Source: Choristocarpus tenellus KU-1152
Lineage: Eukaryota > Protista > Phaeophyceae
Direction: 5' to 3'
NCBI GenBank assembly: GCA_964200185.2
Contig: CAXNAD020000065.1
Coordinates: 1 to 33,288, forward strand
DNA length: 33,288 nucleotides
Part shown: piece after piece, positions 24,701 through 33,247 of the stretch
How positions within the stretch are numbered: the first letter of the stretch is position 1
How the letters are laid out: every line of letters starts with the position of its first letter
Translations under genes and position numbers: made by a program
The notes under the pieces: model-generated
Database searches by the model: none
The model's input: the letters and a program-made list of their open reading frames with translations, nothing else
What the model was told of the DNA's origin: nothing

Positions 24701-27700
24701 GACAGACAACTACGATTGGCGGGGACATTTCAAAGGGCTATTCGTGCCTTGGTGAGAAATAGCAGAACACAATTTAGAGGAGAGGTAGAGGGACCAGGAA
24801 AGTCATGGGCGATATGCAGGGATGTTGAGAGGCATGAGGTGTGCTGAAAAAATGAGTAAGAAATGCAAGAAGGGATAAGGAAAGAGGACAAAGTAGATGG
24901 TATGAATTGGAATCACGGACGTTTGACAGAACACCGGATTGTAGTCTGTTCCAAGTTGAATCCATTGTTGCTGTCTCAACATGGACTCTAGGAATTTTGT
25001 TCTTGAAGCTGAGAATGTTACATCAGTTTTGTTGACCCTCATATTTAGCACTTCAGACATGCTTAGGGACTTATTTCAGAGATGTGTTGAAGCAGCAAGT
25101 CTGTGTCTGTAAATTATTAGTACACAAAGTAGATTTGCCAAAATGCCCTGGTTTATTTGCCAAACATGAACTGTTGACCTCCAGAGTTTCTAAGCACACT
25201 TTTTTGTAGTGTTACCGCCAACAAAAACCTTTCACCACACAGGCATTTTCCCATGACTCGTTACTTTGCAGGTATTGGGATCAGTGACTAGGGGCTTTTC
25301 CATGGTTCTCTCACATATGGACCGAAATTCTGGACTTTCTCTTCTGAAGGAGGAAGGGTTGCGCGAACTCTGGATTGATCTGTTCCAGGTTAGTTTGTGC
25401 CAATATTCTTCAGTGTCCAAGGAGTTGCAGAAACGAGTTCAGGGGAGCCCTTGTGCCGACATGGATTTGTAGCATCTTTCACATGTTGGGAGCGGGTGAC
25501 AGAGGTCTAGTCTACTCTAATTAATGACTTTCAGGGTTTGCACAGTTTGTGTCCTTGGTATGGGTGAATATTAGAGCTTGAAGAGGTTCACCTCTGCCTC
25601 ACAACAAAACAACTCAGAGCCACAATTTTTGCAAGCTACTATGCGTTTTTTTTCTCCTTTCCTGTTAAAGTCTTGACTCTCTAAGCTCTACTCTCTCACA
25701 TTGCAAAAGTGCTAGAATTCTGCTTCATTTTAAAAGTATGTGTTTGTTTTTTTATCTCTTGCAACCAAGACGTGTGACCTTCTTGAAGCACTGAGAATGT
25801 AAATTTGAGTTCATTAAAATGCGGTAGATTCTTATCCTTGTTCCTCACACAAAGCCTATGTTGAGGATGCAACACCAAACATTTCTTATCCATGAATCCT
25901 TTACTATACCCCTTACAAGAAACAGCATTGTCTCTGCTGCTCCTACCTTGCTTGATGTTGATCATGATCACGCTCAGGCCTCCTTTCATAGCATGGGCTT
26001 TCTGCCGCTGGCTGTGCAACCATCTTGGCCTCGATTGCACTCGCCTGTTGCAGCGCCTGCCACCTCATCTTATTCCACTGGATCTCTCATCTTGCGAGGC
26101 GCAGAGAGGTTTGCTGTTTTGGACACTACCCTTAGTCCTGGTGATCCTTCTCTCCACTGTAAATTCCCATTCAGCTTTTTTTTGTTCCGCCTACTGGAGG
26201 ACCTCAGGCGCAACCGAGGAGGGGTGGCTGGGGCTGGAGGGGAGGGAAGTTATACACATGCTGATGTCACAGACAAGGGTAATCACTCCTGTTCGGAGAG
26301 TGAGAACATCTTGAATGACTCAAGTATGGATAAAGAAGAGGCTCTGAGAAGTGAGTTTGCCCTGCTGGGCCTTTGCGATCGAATTCATGGTGACCTGCGC
26401 AACCCATCTACATTTCGTAGTAGTGCATTGGATCATTGTGATGATCGTCCACTCTCTCAGGCTGGTAGTTTGGGCATATCTACAGCACTATCGATGAGAT
26501 GGAGCGAGGGTGAGAGCTTGTTAGAACGTTATGTTTATGACTTTACATGCATGATGCTACCCTCAGTACGGGACATGACACGTAGTCACCAGGCAAGCCT
26601 CCTTCTCCTCCTCCTTGACCTTGAGGGGTGCACTGAAGTTTTGCCAGTAAGGCAGCAGGGGATGGCTCTAGGTGCAACGTCTCCACAAACATCAACCCTG
26701 GCTGCAGTCCACCACCGTTTCTGGCAGGTCGAACAATCAGCACGCCTTTACTTTAAACTACTGGATGCAGCTGGGCCACCTAGCTTCAGCCCTGTTACAA
26801 TAGTACTCAAGACCCGTCTCCAGGAAATGTTAGCTGGTGAAGCCAAACACTCTTGCCCTGCTGTTGATGGCAGCCTCCACCTCAAAGTGGCATGTGTTGT
26901 CGTGAATGCACTCATGGACTTCAATGCACAAGGTATCACAAAGGTGACTGTGTGTGGAGAAGGGCGGGAGAAGATGGACATGGGTGAAGGTGTAGATTGT
27001 GGAAAGTGGCTAAGGTGGGTGGATGCAGCAGACTTCGCCACCCAGACTCTACTCAATCTTGTGCACTCTTTGAGCAGTAGTACCACTGCCACTTGTGAAC
27101 ATGGATGTGAAATGGGAACCTGTGATGTCACGAAAGAACAAATGGAAGGAGATGGAAGGGGGGGAAATGGCTCAGGGACAGAGGGTAACCCTGGAATTGA
27201 TAAGGACGGTATGGTGGAGCAATGTCTAAATTCTCTACAAGAGGGTTGGCTGAGGCTGCGACTGATGAGGGATTTGGTTAGAGATATGGCAACTCCTCTT
27301 CACCTCTCCCCTGCAGACACTCTGGAAGCACTTCATGTGTTAAGAACATCACCAGGGCCAGTACTATCTGCAGTTTTTTTCAAAGAGATTATACTTCTGC
27401 TTGCAGTGGTTGCTCGAAAGATGGGATTGGCAGATGAGACAACGGTTAGCTCAACCGAAGACATCCGTGCTGGTGGAACTCCGATCACCACTTTTCTTGA
27501 AAGCAATTTATTAGGAGGTTTGACTTTGGGTCAATCTGACAATGGTAATGACAGAGATTTGAGTTCGACCTCTTCTGCAATTTTCGCTGATCCAGAAGAT
27601 GTGCTGCCACAGTATCTGGAGGGGTATCTGTTCAATGTGGTAACATGTTGTGGAGGAGAAACAGTCACTGCTTATTCAGCTAGCAGAAGGAGTGGCGAGT

Positions 27701-30700
27701 GTGGCTGTAACAGGGCTACAATCGGTGGTGTCAGCTGCCAGGGCAGCAGAAGAGTTGAGGGTGCAGGTCTTGGCACCTCTACATCACCTACTCTCCCTTG
27801 GAAGTCATCGACTTGTTCCTCTATGGGAGACTTATCATCAGTACTGATTATGACTCTTGCTGGAGACTGTAGGTCATTGTTGGAGAACCTGTTAGCTCAT
27901 GGTGGTGCCAGTGGTGGTGGGCACGAGATGTCGATTTCTTCAAAGCACTTAGAAATTGTAATGCCACGAGATTCAGCTTGCATCCGCGTTCTTTCATGGG
28001 TTAGGGGAGTTGAGAGTACAGATCTACACCGTGAATTACGGTCTGCTCTGTTGAAGGAGTTCAGGGAGACAGGTGACTTACGCCACACACAATTGACTTT
28101 CCGCTTTGTGGCTGCTGCTGAGGATGGTATGGAACTGGACGAGGTGACTGCAATGCCTTAGGGTGTAAAGTACACTGGAATGTGTATGGTAGGCTTTCGA
28201 TAGAATTTGGAATTTTGAAATGGAAAAAGTGCTCAAGCAGTTGAAACTATGGTTGACATTTTTTAATAGCATGTACTCTCACAAATTGTAGCCTCTTGCG
28301 TAAATTCAAAATGATGCGACACATTTATTTAGAGGTTCATTTTTGCTTATTTAGATTCTTTACTTTGGGTCCAATGTACTAGCAAACCGAATGACCCATA
28401 TTGCCCACCATTTCCCTGTAATCTTGATACACCAACAACAACATCTGACTGAGTAGTACCAAACCTCAAAATGAGTTGCGCAGGCTTCTTTAAAGGGCGA
28501 TGATTCTGCGAGGGCATTCGCACCCGATAGAAGTGGTACCATGGATACCCCTGGGATAGCAACACACCAACCACGAGTCAGCACTCAAGCCAAGGAGCAC
28601 AGGAGCGAGGACAGTATGTCCCTGAGATTGGAAAAAGAATTCTTGGCTATAGCCTGCATGCGCAAGGTAGCATGTGCTGCAGCAGAATTCTTGCTCAGAA
28701 CGTCACAGAGAGGTAAGCAGTAGACATTTCATGCTTGCCTTGTTCTGCTCTGTGGTTTGAATGGAGAGGAAAGGGCGCTTGAAATTTGTGCTCTTGTGTT
28801 CTCATCACTTGACTGTGAATAGAGATCTAAGCAGTTGGGTATCACGATTGTGTACACAATTAGAGCAAAGCAATCAGGAAAATGAAGTGTAGCAAAGGTC
28901 AAGAGATTATTGCAGTACACCAATGTGATCATAGAATTATCTATTTCATGCATACCCCTCATGTTCACAATTTGAGGAGTACTCCTTGTGGTGCTGGTAA
29001 CACATGTAACTGTTGCCTCTGCTGCAGGTGGCAACCTTAGCCAAGTCGACCAACGCAAGGCTGCAAGGCTACTAGACGTCCTGACCTCAGCCTTAGAACT
29101 GCACAATGCCACAGTTACATCCGAAAAGGATGAGAAGGAAGTTGAAGGGTCAGAAATGAAAAATACGGCTCACCTCCGCATGTTTCTTCTCAGGCAACTG
29201 GCATTACGACCAGAGGGTGGTATAGAGGTGCTCCGCAATGCTCTTCGTTGCACACCCCTGATCCAATACCGATGGGTAGTCCATGATGACCCCCGGATTG
29301 CAGCTTTCGTGGGTAGCAGCCGCCTACCCCAGGTATGAAAGCCATCACAGACTAACAAACCTTTTGAGGAGCGGACTAAAGAGCTTGTTGAATGTCACAA
29401 GTTTGTTGTTGCCCCCATGTCTGCTGTCATTGCCATTCGATGTGCTTGTACTCTTGTAATAGATGGAGGATTCAAATTTTTGTGAACAATTAGAGAAAAA
29501 TACAAAATAGAAATCCCTATTCATGTCTCCTCTGGTTCTTTGGCACACTGGGTTATCTTGAGCACAAGGGAACACAATGAAGTCAAATTGCTCTACAGCA
29601 CATAATTCTCTCTATTGAGATCCAGCATAGTCAAGAAACTGCTTCCAGCATTTGTGTGTATATATATATATATCAATGATGTGTTTCTACAAACTGCAAA
29701 AACCCCCGTACGGTCCTTGCTAGGCTCGATAGATCAGATTGAAACATTGTTTTATTTGCAACGAACTGTTCGTACCTAAGTAACTATGAGCACACATGAA
29801 TGTGTGAACATTTTACAGATGAATATTGTGTAGTTTTTTTCTTGTCTTGACCGAAGAACGCAATCAGACCAGTACATGCAGTTAGTGTGCTAGGTGTCTA
29901 TCTTTGATGAGGGGGAGCTTGGGCGCTTCTACATTATTTTTTGTCCAACCATGACATGATATCCATTTGAAGTGAATTGTATATGAGTCAAGTATGAATG
30001 TTGGACAGGTGGAGGTAGGGTATGTATGTTATGTATATACTACTATTCAGTGGGATGATCTACGTTTCAAAAGGAATCACACCCTCTATGTTGTGATATA
30101 TTTGACACAGTTGCCATTAAAATGAGCCCAAGAGGGCAGTACATCTTCCGAAATATTTTTGTTATATAAGTGACAGATAGGGTAGTCACATCATGTATCC
30201 AGTGGACTGGGTGTTCAATAGGTATTGAATAACACATATCTAGTCATATCCTCACCTTTCTTACTAAAATTTTATGATGGGGTGACCTCATATGGCAGTT
30301 GTCAGCCGGTAGTAAGGAAATATCCAGCTTTTGTCTATGTTGTGGATGTGTCACCGATTTCGTAATTGTAGTGTTGGAGACTGATATTTTTGAAGTTAGT
30401 GGTAGCTGTAGATTCTATCCACTTGTTTTCCCTTGCTGCCTTCTTGAAGGTGCAGAAAATATTACACCGATTGCCCGCTGCCACGTGTTTCCAGATAAAT
30501 CCCCTCGAAAGAGTCCCATTCTTTCACGATTGTCGTATGGCATTGAGAAGATACATGACCTCAGGAGACTTGCAGAAACTGGAAGCAAGACTGATGGAAG
30601 TGGCCTCTCCCGCAAGGATCAATGGTGAGTAGTGAGGGATTGGAACTGGCTAAATGAGGCTCTTCTGTTCGTTGGCTATATACGAAGCAGTCAAGTTCAA

Positions 30701-33182
30701 AGTACATGAGAGAACTTCAGAGAAAAGGGGTCAGTTGACGTGTAGTAGCATCAGAGGTTAATTGAATCAGGACCAAAGAAAGGGGCATGTTCTACCATTG
30801 AGTGTTGCATTCGGTAAAGGTTAGATTGTTGAACAGTATAGGTAAAGAAGAGCAACCAACTTCCCTCATGTCCTCCAGTTTGTGATCCAGCCTAAGCTTG
30901 GGAGGCGATATTGCTTTGATGTGTATGTCCTATGTACACGTTCACACTTGAGTGAAATTCTGTATGAACAAACGTCCATGCTACATTGCACGCCATCCCT
31001 TACCATCCTTAGGTCGTACCTTGTACTTTCACCGTTCCGTATTGTGTCATTACTGTACTCCATTCAATATTGCCCTCTTACTATGAGTAAACCTTTGCCA
31101 AGACATTGCTTCGAAGTCCATGAAAGTGCCATACTAATTACTCCATGCAATATTTATCTGTGCAACATACAACGGAAACTGCATCATTAACCCTTGTCCT
31201 GCAAAGCTATTTCCTTTCCTTCTGTCCAAAGTTGTAAAAAAACGTCACCCTAATTAATGCTATCCATAAGTCTTTGGGGTCACATTGGAGTGCAGTGAAA
31301 AAACATTTGATATATGGTCCATGGCACTTGTTATCTGTGGTAAAATAAATCTATTGCCTGTCCCTCTTCCTATTATATGGTGCCGGATCTTTGGCACAGG
31401 ATTGGGAGCCTTCAAAGGGGGACTCCTAACTGGACTCTTTTATGAGATGAACCTTATGCAGGTAAAGGGATCTTGCAAGACCATTGGAAACCTCCATATC
31501 ACTATAATATCCTTCTTAGAAGGAAAAAGGCTCCTGTGATTTGGGCTAGTATGCATAAATGCCAAATGTTTTGTTCGTACATGAAGCTGACACTCACATA
31601 TCCTGATGTTAAGGTGCGGAGTTCCACTTCTCTTGTGAACCAGGAGGATGACGTTTTTTTGAGTATTTGAGTTTCTCTTCAAATCCTCGTAAAGTGTAGG
31701 TGGCTGAAGGGCTTCATTTTGTAGTACTTGCCATCTTTTTTCATCTTTATGGAGATACCAAAGGCAATTGTTGAGGCTACCAGTCATGTAATATTTAGAG
31801 CACATTATTTAGAGTGCAGGGGTGAAGTGTAGCCAGTATCGTGGCTAACATTATACTCCTAGATGATCCCTATTGCACACTTTCATTTTGAGTATGAAGA
31901 AAGTATGAGTAAATTGTGATGTAATTTTTTAAGGATCTGGATGCACCGAAAAGAATCAGGGCATGTTCTCTTTATTGTTCTTGTGTGAGGGTGAGTTGAG
32001 TGCAAATATGGTAGACTCTAAGTTGTAATTCTGATTTGATTGCTACCTTGAAATTGCTAGGTTGGATGGCTTGTTGCTGTGGGTAAAAGATGGTAAGTCA
32101 CAGGTAGGGCGGTACAGAGAAAGATACGTAATGAAGGGTTAAAATATTGCACTCTTACCCCCTTCGCCGTCTACTTGTCAACCAATGCAGGTTAACTCAG
32201 AATTCAGTGAAGCCAAGGGCCACCTTCAGCTTCATGATCTGGGGGAAAGAGCTGAGATCCTTGCATTTTGGCTGTATGATTCCGCCTCCCTATCATTTCT
32301 CTCTCGTGTAGAGCGCTGCCTACTTGTTGTCTTTTCCGGGATCAAGGTGGGTGATGAAAGCAGTAGAGATGCTGGTGACAAGAGGAATGGCATTGGCAGG
32401 TCACGTGCTTTTGGATGGTCTGGTGCTACTACTGATGGTAGTCAGGGCAAAAAGAGTGCTGATGAAAGCAGAGATGCTGCCGAGGCTATGCAAGCTCGGG
32501 AGAAATTGAGACTTGGTCGGGATAGCTCGCTATTGCAGATTGTAATGGCCAGACTCGCTGTGCATGTCGTGGCTGCAGCTCTTGCCGCTCATCCATCAAG
32601 TCCTCTCAAGTTTTTCGAACAGCTTGTTACATCACCTGCAGCCCTTCGTGGAGGTATGAAAGTGTGCTCTGTGAAATATGAGGTGCCAATATGCTAGTGC
32701 AAGTGGAAAAAAGGTTGGACAAATTCTGAACGTAATACAAAGTACTGAATGGGGCACTATGTCCAAGATGTTGTGCACAGCAGGAACTATAGTGGTGAAG
32801 CATTGTGTTGGAATGGGAGAGTTCTTGTTATTAGAGCCTCTTAACATGCAGAAAAATGTAATGCAAGTACTTGTGAATTTCTTTGGAGTTTAGTAACAGA
32901 AACGTCAAATAAAATTAAAAACCTGTTAGTTTTTCCTGTACTACTCTAAGGTTATCACCTGTTTCAAGACCTTCAGGAGGTGCCATTCACTGCAAGTGTT
33001 ATGATGCCTCGTGATCTCTTCAATCACCTCCACTTTTGTCCATGCTAGGTCCTTCTTGATGAAAGATTAACAACACAATCAAACTTATTGTGTTCTGCTT
33101 GCAAATGCTTTGTCACTTTACTTTGTCGGACCACCTGATAGCATATCTTCCGACCATGGAGGAATCCCTAGACCTTCAGCAA
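632..33182 (+). CDS. RNF213: RNF213/mysterin-like giant AAA+ ATPase / E3 ubiquitin ligase, partial at both ends, 33 exons: join(632..767,2363..2568,3507..3604,4331..4479,4837..5077,5291..5601,6203..6335,7264..7400,8027..8205,8734..8861,12327..12586,13113..13220,13701..14056,14833..14961,15421..15547,16484..16615,17053..17246,18043..18118,20000..20123,20537..20944,21500..21753,22367..22509,22698..22986,23707..23781,24374..24751,25272..25388,25978..28143,28484..28712,29028..29332,30495..30624,31400..31461,32191..32653,33142..33182)
   Basis: All 32 introns are GT..AG with matching phases, and the spliced frame (8,284 nt, first base completes an upstream codon) is open throughout. The ordered motifs match RNF213 as recalled (human GETGCGKT, AACNPYR, LVYRVH, SLRDV, GKPGSSKS, QCSP, VLDEVGLAE, GISNWALDPAKMNR, YESLYDALNQ, FPFSW, FLPTM). 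Family assignment is strong; strict orthology is untested. Confidence 0.93.
2363..2568 (+). CDS. RNF213: exon 2 (ANESNGNPVAF...WEKSDHPIVVF...NRHPR)
   Basis: Pyrimidine tract plus caag acceptor; AG|gtttgt donor. WEKSDHP matches the RNF213 WESxxHP motif. Confidence 0.82.
3507..3604 (+). CDS. RNF213: exon 3 (LADAYIQEPLKSALQINGIDLARNWELITAEE)
   Basis: ttcgcag acceptor and G|gttagt donor; phases 2/1 fit neighbours. Confidence 0.85.
4331..4479 (+). CDS. RNF213: exon 4 (...DDYVFTVDNLLKMLSITLRLQ)
   Basis: ccag acceptor and CAG|gtattg donor. YVFTVDNLLKM matches the RNF213 YxLTxDNxLK motif before the AAA3 Walker A. Confidence 0.92.
4837..5077 (+). CDS. RNF213: exon 5, AAA3 Walker A GDTGCGKS (4861-4884) and Walker B IHLDE (5041-5055)
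   Basis: gcag acceptor and A|gtgagt donor; canonical P-loop and hhhDE. Confidence 0.95.
5291..5601 (+). CDS. RNF213: exon 6 (LFKEIVCDGSVDGKPL...IVAACNPYR plus insertion)
   Basis: caag acceptor and AAG|gtattc donor; AACNPYR sensor-I motif. Confidence 0.92.
6203..6335 (+). CDS. RNF213: exon 7 (DLVYRVHPLHESLVDHVMDYGAL...)
   Basis: Absent from the ORF track; read by hand. tcag acceptor and G|gtgggt donor; LVYRVHPL motif. Confidence 0.9.
7264..7400 (+). CDS. RNF213: exon 8 (...EVLCTAQETLR...VSLRDVSRCIK)
   Basis: Absent from the ORF track. tgcag acceptor and AAG|gtgaga donor; VSLRDVxRC motif. Confidence 0.92.
8027..8205 (+). CDS. RNF213: exon 9 (VFVWLGKE...LSLAYSYLARLPR)
   Basis: tacag acceptor and AG|gtttgt donor; phases 0/2. 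Confidence 0.88.
8734..8861 (+). CDS. RNF213: exon 10 (PDRNVLVRDVC...KSAQKTA)
   Basis: Pyrimidine tract plus aaag acceptor; G|gtgaga donor. Phases 2/1 bridge exons 9 and 11. Confidence 0.8.
10164..10349. mobile_element. MITE-like element (186 bp) with 18-bp perfect terminal inverted repeats, intron 10
   Basis: gctcaaagtatctggggg (10164-10181) is the exact reverse complement of cccccagatactttgagc (10332-10349). No clear target-site duplication. Confidence 0.6.
10316..10336. repeat. poly(C) tract, 21 nt
   Basis: Read directly from the sequence. Confidence 0.95.
10760..11520 (+). mobile_element. Possible heavily decayed retroelement gag fragment in intron 10 (boundaries approximate)
   Basis: Purine-rich stretch unlike the flanking intron. 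It contains *YGCGHKDHHEAR* at 11325-11366, which has CX2CX4HX4C spacing with stops at the outer Cys positions. Confidence 0.25.
12327..12586 (+). CDS. RNF213: exon 11, AAA4 Walker A GKPGSSKS (12431-12454), ANEALSENLF and HQCSP motifs
   Basis: tcag acceptor and CAG|gtgaag donor. GKPGSSKSLA is the signature second P-loop of RNF213. Confidence 0.96.
13113..13220 (+). CDS. RNF213: exon 12, AAA4 Walker B VLLDEVGLAEQSPHLPLK
   Basis: gtag acceptor and AAG|gtgaga donor. Confidence 0.95.
13701..14056 (+). CDS. RNF213: exon 13 (VLHKILD...GISNWALDSAKMNR...FWGLREFYS...)
   Basis: acag acceptor and AG|gtttgg donor; near-invariant RNF213 motifs. Confidence 0.95.
14833..14961 (+). CDS. RNF213: exon 14 (...VVLRNFGGR)
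   Basis: ccag acceptor and AG|gtttga donor; VLRNFxG motif. The frame differs from ORF 14838..15056. Confidence 0.9.
15421..15547 (+). CDS. RNF213: exon 15 (PQSETFEVLNVFF...ELIRDNLAEKK)
   Basis: Long pyrimidine tract plus acag; AAG|gtttga donor; phases 2/0. Confidence 0.88.
16484..16615 (+). CDS. RNF213: exon 16 (ARHLMLLTKNNAAL...VLFGSDFPGD...)
   Basis: tcag acceptor and CAG|gtacgc donor; RxLxxLTKN and FGSxFPxD motifs. Confidence 0.93.
17053..17246 (+). CDS. RNF213: exon 17 (VKACMARGGTVVL...YESLYDLLNQHY...DPKFR)
   Basis: atag acceptor and AG|gtatag donor; YESLYDxLNQ motif. Confidence 0.95.
18043..18118 (+). CDS. RNF213: exon 18 (VVVVVESIEAYEKLAPPLLNRFEKQ)
   Basis: ccag acceptor and CAG|gtgagt donor; PLLNRFEK arginine-finger-type motif. 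Confidence 0.93.
18242..18510. repeat. Degenerate long inverted repeat, possibly an old MITE, intron 18
   Basis: Left-arm blocks agaggtctcct, atcttga, ttgagtattagagg and aaccttctg are mirrored in order by caggaggtt, cctcaatactcaa, tcaagat and aggagaccctct. Confidence 0.5.
20000..20123 (+). CDS. RNF213: exon 19 (ILGWREVLDLF...GQTDS)
   Basis: ttcag acceptor and AG|gtgaaa donor; phases 0/1. Confidence 0.85.
20537..20944 (+). CDS. RNF213: exon 20 (RWGEMRKAFPGY...SLVL...LLWVATPEAV...)
   Basis: gagcag acceptor (tandem NAGNAG) and CAG|gtggag donor. FxGY and ATPxAV resemble RNF213 motifs. Confidence 0.85.
21500..21753 (+). CDS. RNF213: exon 21 (DKYFQHQTHGSLEDF...VTTYA...HELSQ)
   Basis: tcag acceptor and CAG|gtgaag donor; YFxxQxHxSxxDF and TT motifs. 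Confidence 0.88.
22241..22276 (+). repeat. Duplicate of the exon-22 acceptor and first 7 codons
   Basis: aggaacgggatctaaagaagagg (22254-22276) versus aggaacgggacctaaagaagagg (22365-22387): 22/23 identical, with further partial similarity upstream. Confidence 0.85.
22367..22509 (+). CDS. RNF213: exon 22 (ERDLKKRVRDFF...LLLQFD...HAKFIVEDAR)
   Basis: aaag acceptor and CG|gtatgt donor; phases 0/2. Confidence 0.87.
22698..22986 (+). CDS. RNF213: exon 23 (...HVILLLHLIR...WGAAFVDSV...DPVK)
   Basis: catag acceptor and AAG|gtattc donor. Confidence 0.87.
23707..23781 (+). CDS. RNF213: exon 24 (VLLSTMRASLARLDFCEGRFHSVNL)
   Basis: T-rich tract plus gcag; CTG|gtacgg donor; symmetric phase 0. Confidence 0.8.
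24374..24751 (+). CDS. RNF213: exon 25 (VREQICLL...LAGTFQRAIRAL)
   Basis: gcag acceptor and TTG|gtgaga donor; AGTF motif. Confidence 0.85.
25272..25388 (+). CDS. RNF213: exon 26 (...SHMDRNSGLSLL...LWIDLFQ)
   Basis: tgcag acceptor and CAG|gttagt donor; DRxxxLxLL and LWxxxF motifs. Confidence 0.88.
25978..28143 (+). CDS. RNF213: exon 27, 2,166 nt (722 codons), E3 scaffold (CKFPFSF...ERYVYDF...AAVH...AAAEDG)
   Basis: Lies inside the 767-aa ORF. ctcag acceptor at 25977 and GAG|gtgact donor at 28144, both phase 0. FPFS motif. Confidence 0.88.
28484..28712 (+). CDS. RNF213: exon 28 (...EFLAIACMRKVACAAAEFL...)
   Basis: gcag acceptor and AG|gtaagc donor. Confidence 0.85.
29028..29332 (+). CDS. RNF213: exon 29 (...LRMFLLRQLALRPEGGIE...RWV...)
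   Basis: tgcag acceptor and CAG|gtatga donor. Confidence 0.87.
30495..30624 (+). CDS. RNF213: exon 30 (INPLERVPFFHDCRMAL...)
   Basis: tccag acceptor and ATG|gtgagt donor; phases 0/1. Confidence 0.85.
31400..31461 (+). CDS. RNF213: exon 31 (GLGAFKGGLLTGLFYEMNLMQ)
   Basis: acag acceptor and CAG|gtaaag donor. Required to restore phase (1/0) between exons 30 and 32. Confidence 0.83.
32191..32653 (+). CDS. RNF213: exon 32 (...ARLAVHVVAAAL...PLKFFEQLVTSPAALRG)
   Basis: tgcag acceptor and GAG|gtatga donor. AVHxxA and SPA motifs match the pre-RZ region of RNF213. Confidence 0.88.
33142..33182 (+). CDS. RNF213: exon 33, 41 nt (AYLPTMEESLDLQQ)
   Basis: Absent from the ORF track. atag acceptor and CAA|gtgagt donor. 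Phase 1 joins to give SPAALRGAYLPTM (human ...AFLPTMPED). Confidence 0.85.
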
Positions 33183-33224
33183 GTGAGTATCTCCTCCACA
33201 TGAACACCCTGGTGTAGACCCCCT

Positions 33225-33247
33225 CCCCCCCCCCCCCCCCCCCCCCC
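33225..33247. repeat. poly(C) tract, 23 nt
   Basis: Read directly from the sequence. Confidence 0.95.

Noticed and set aside
28126-28132. Alternative exon-27 donor G|gtatgg
   Set aside because: It is phase 1 and incompatible with the phase-0 acceptor at 28483.
25858-28161. 767-aa ORF as a stand-alone gene
   Set aside because: It is exon 27 plus intronic read-through. Phase-matched splice sites at 25977 and 28144 connect it to RNF213-like exons on both sides.
1091-32847. Minus-strand ORFs in the track (e.g. 4474..4974, 20480..20917, 26748..27131, 28729..29112)
   Set aside because: Antisense shadows of exons or random intronic frames, with no recognisable motifs or splice chain.
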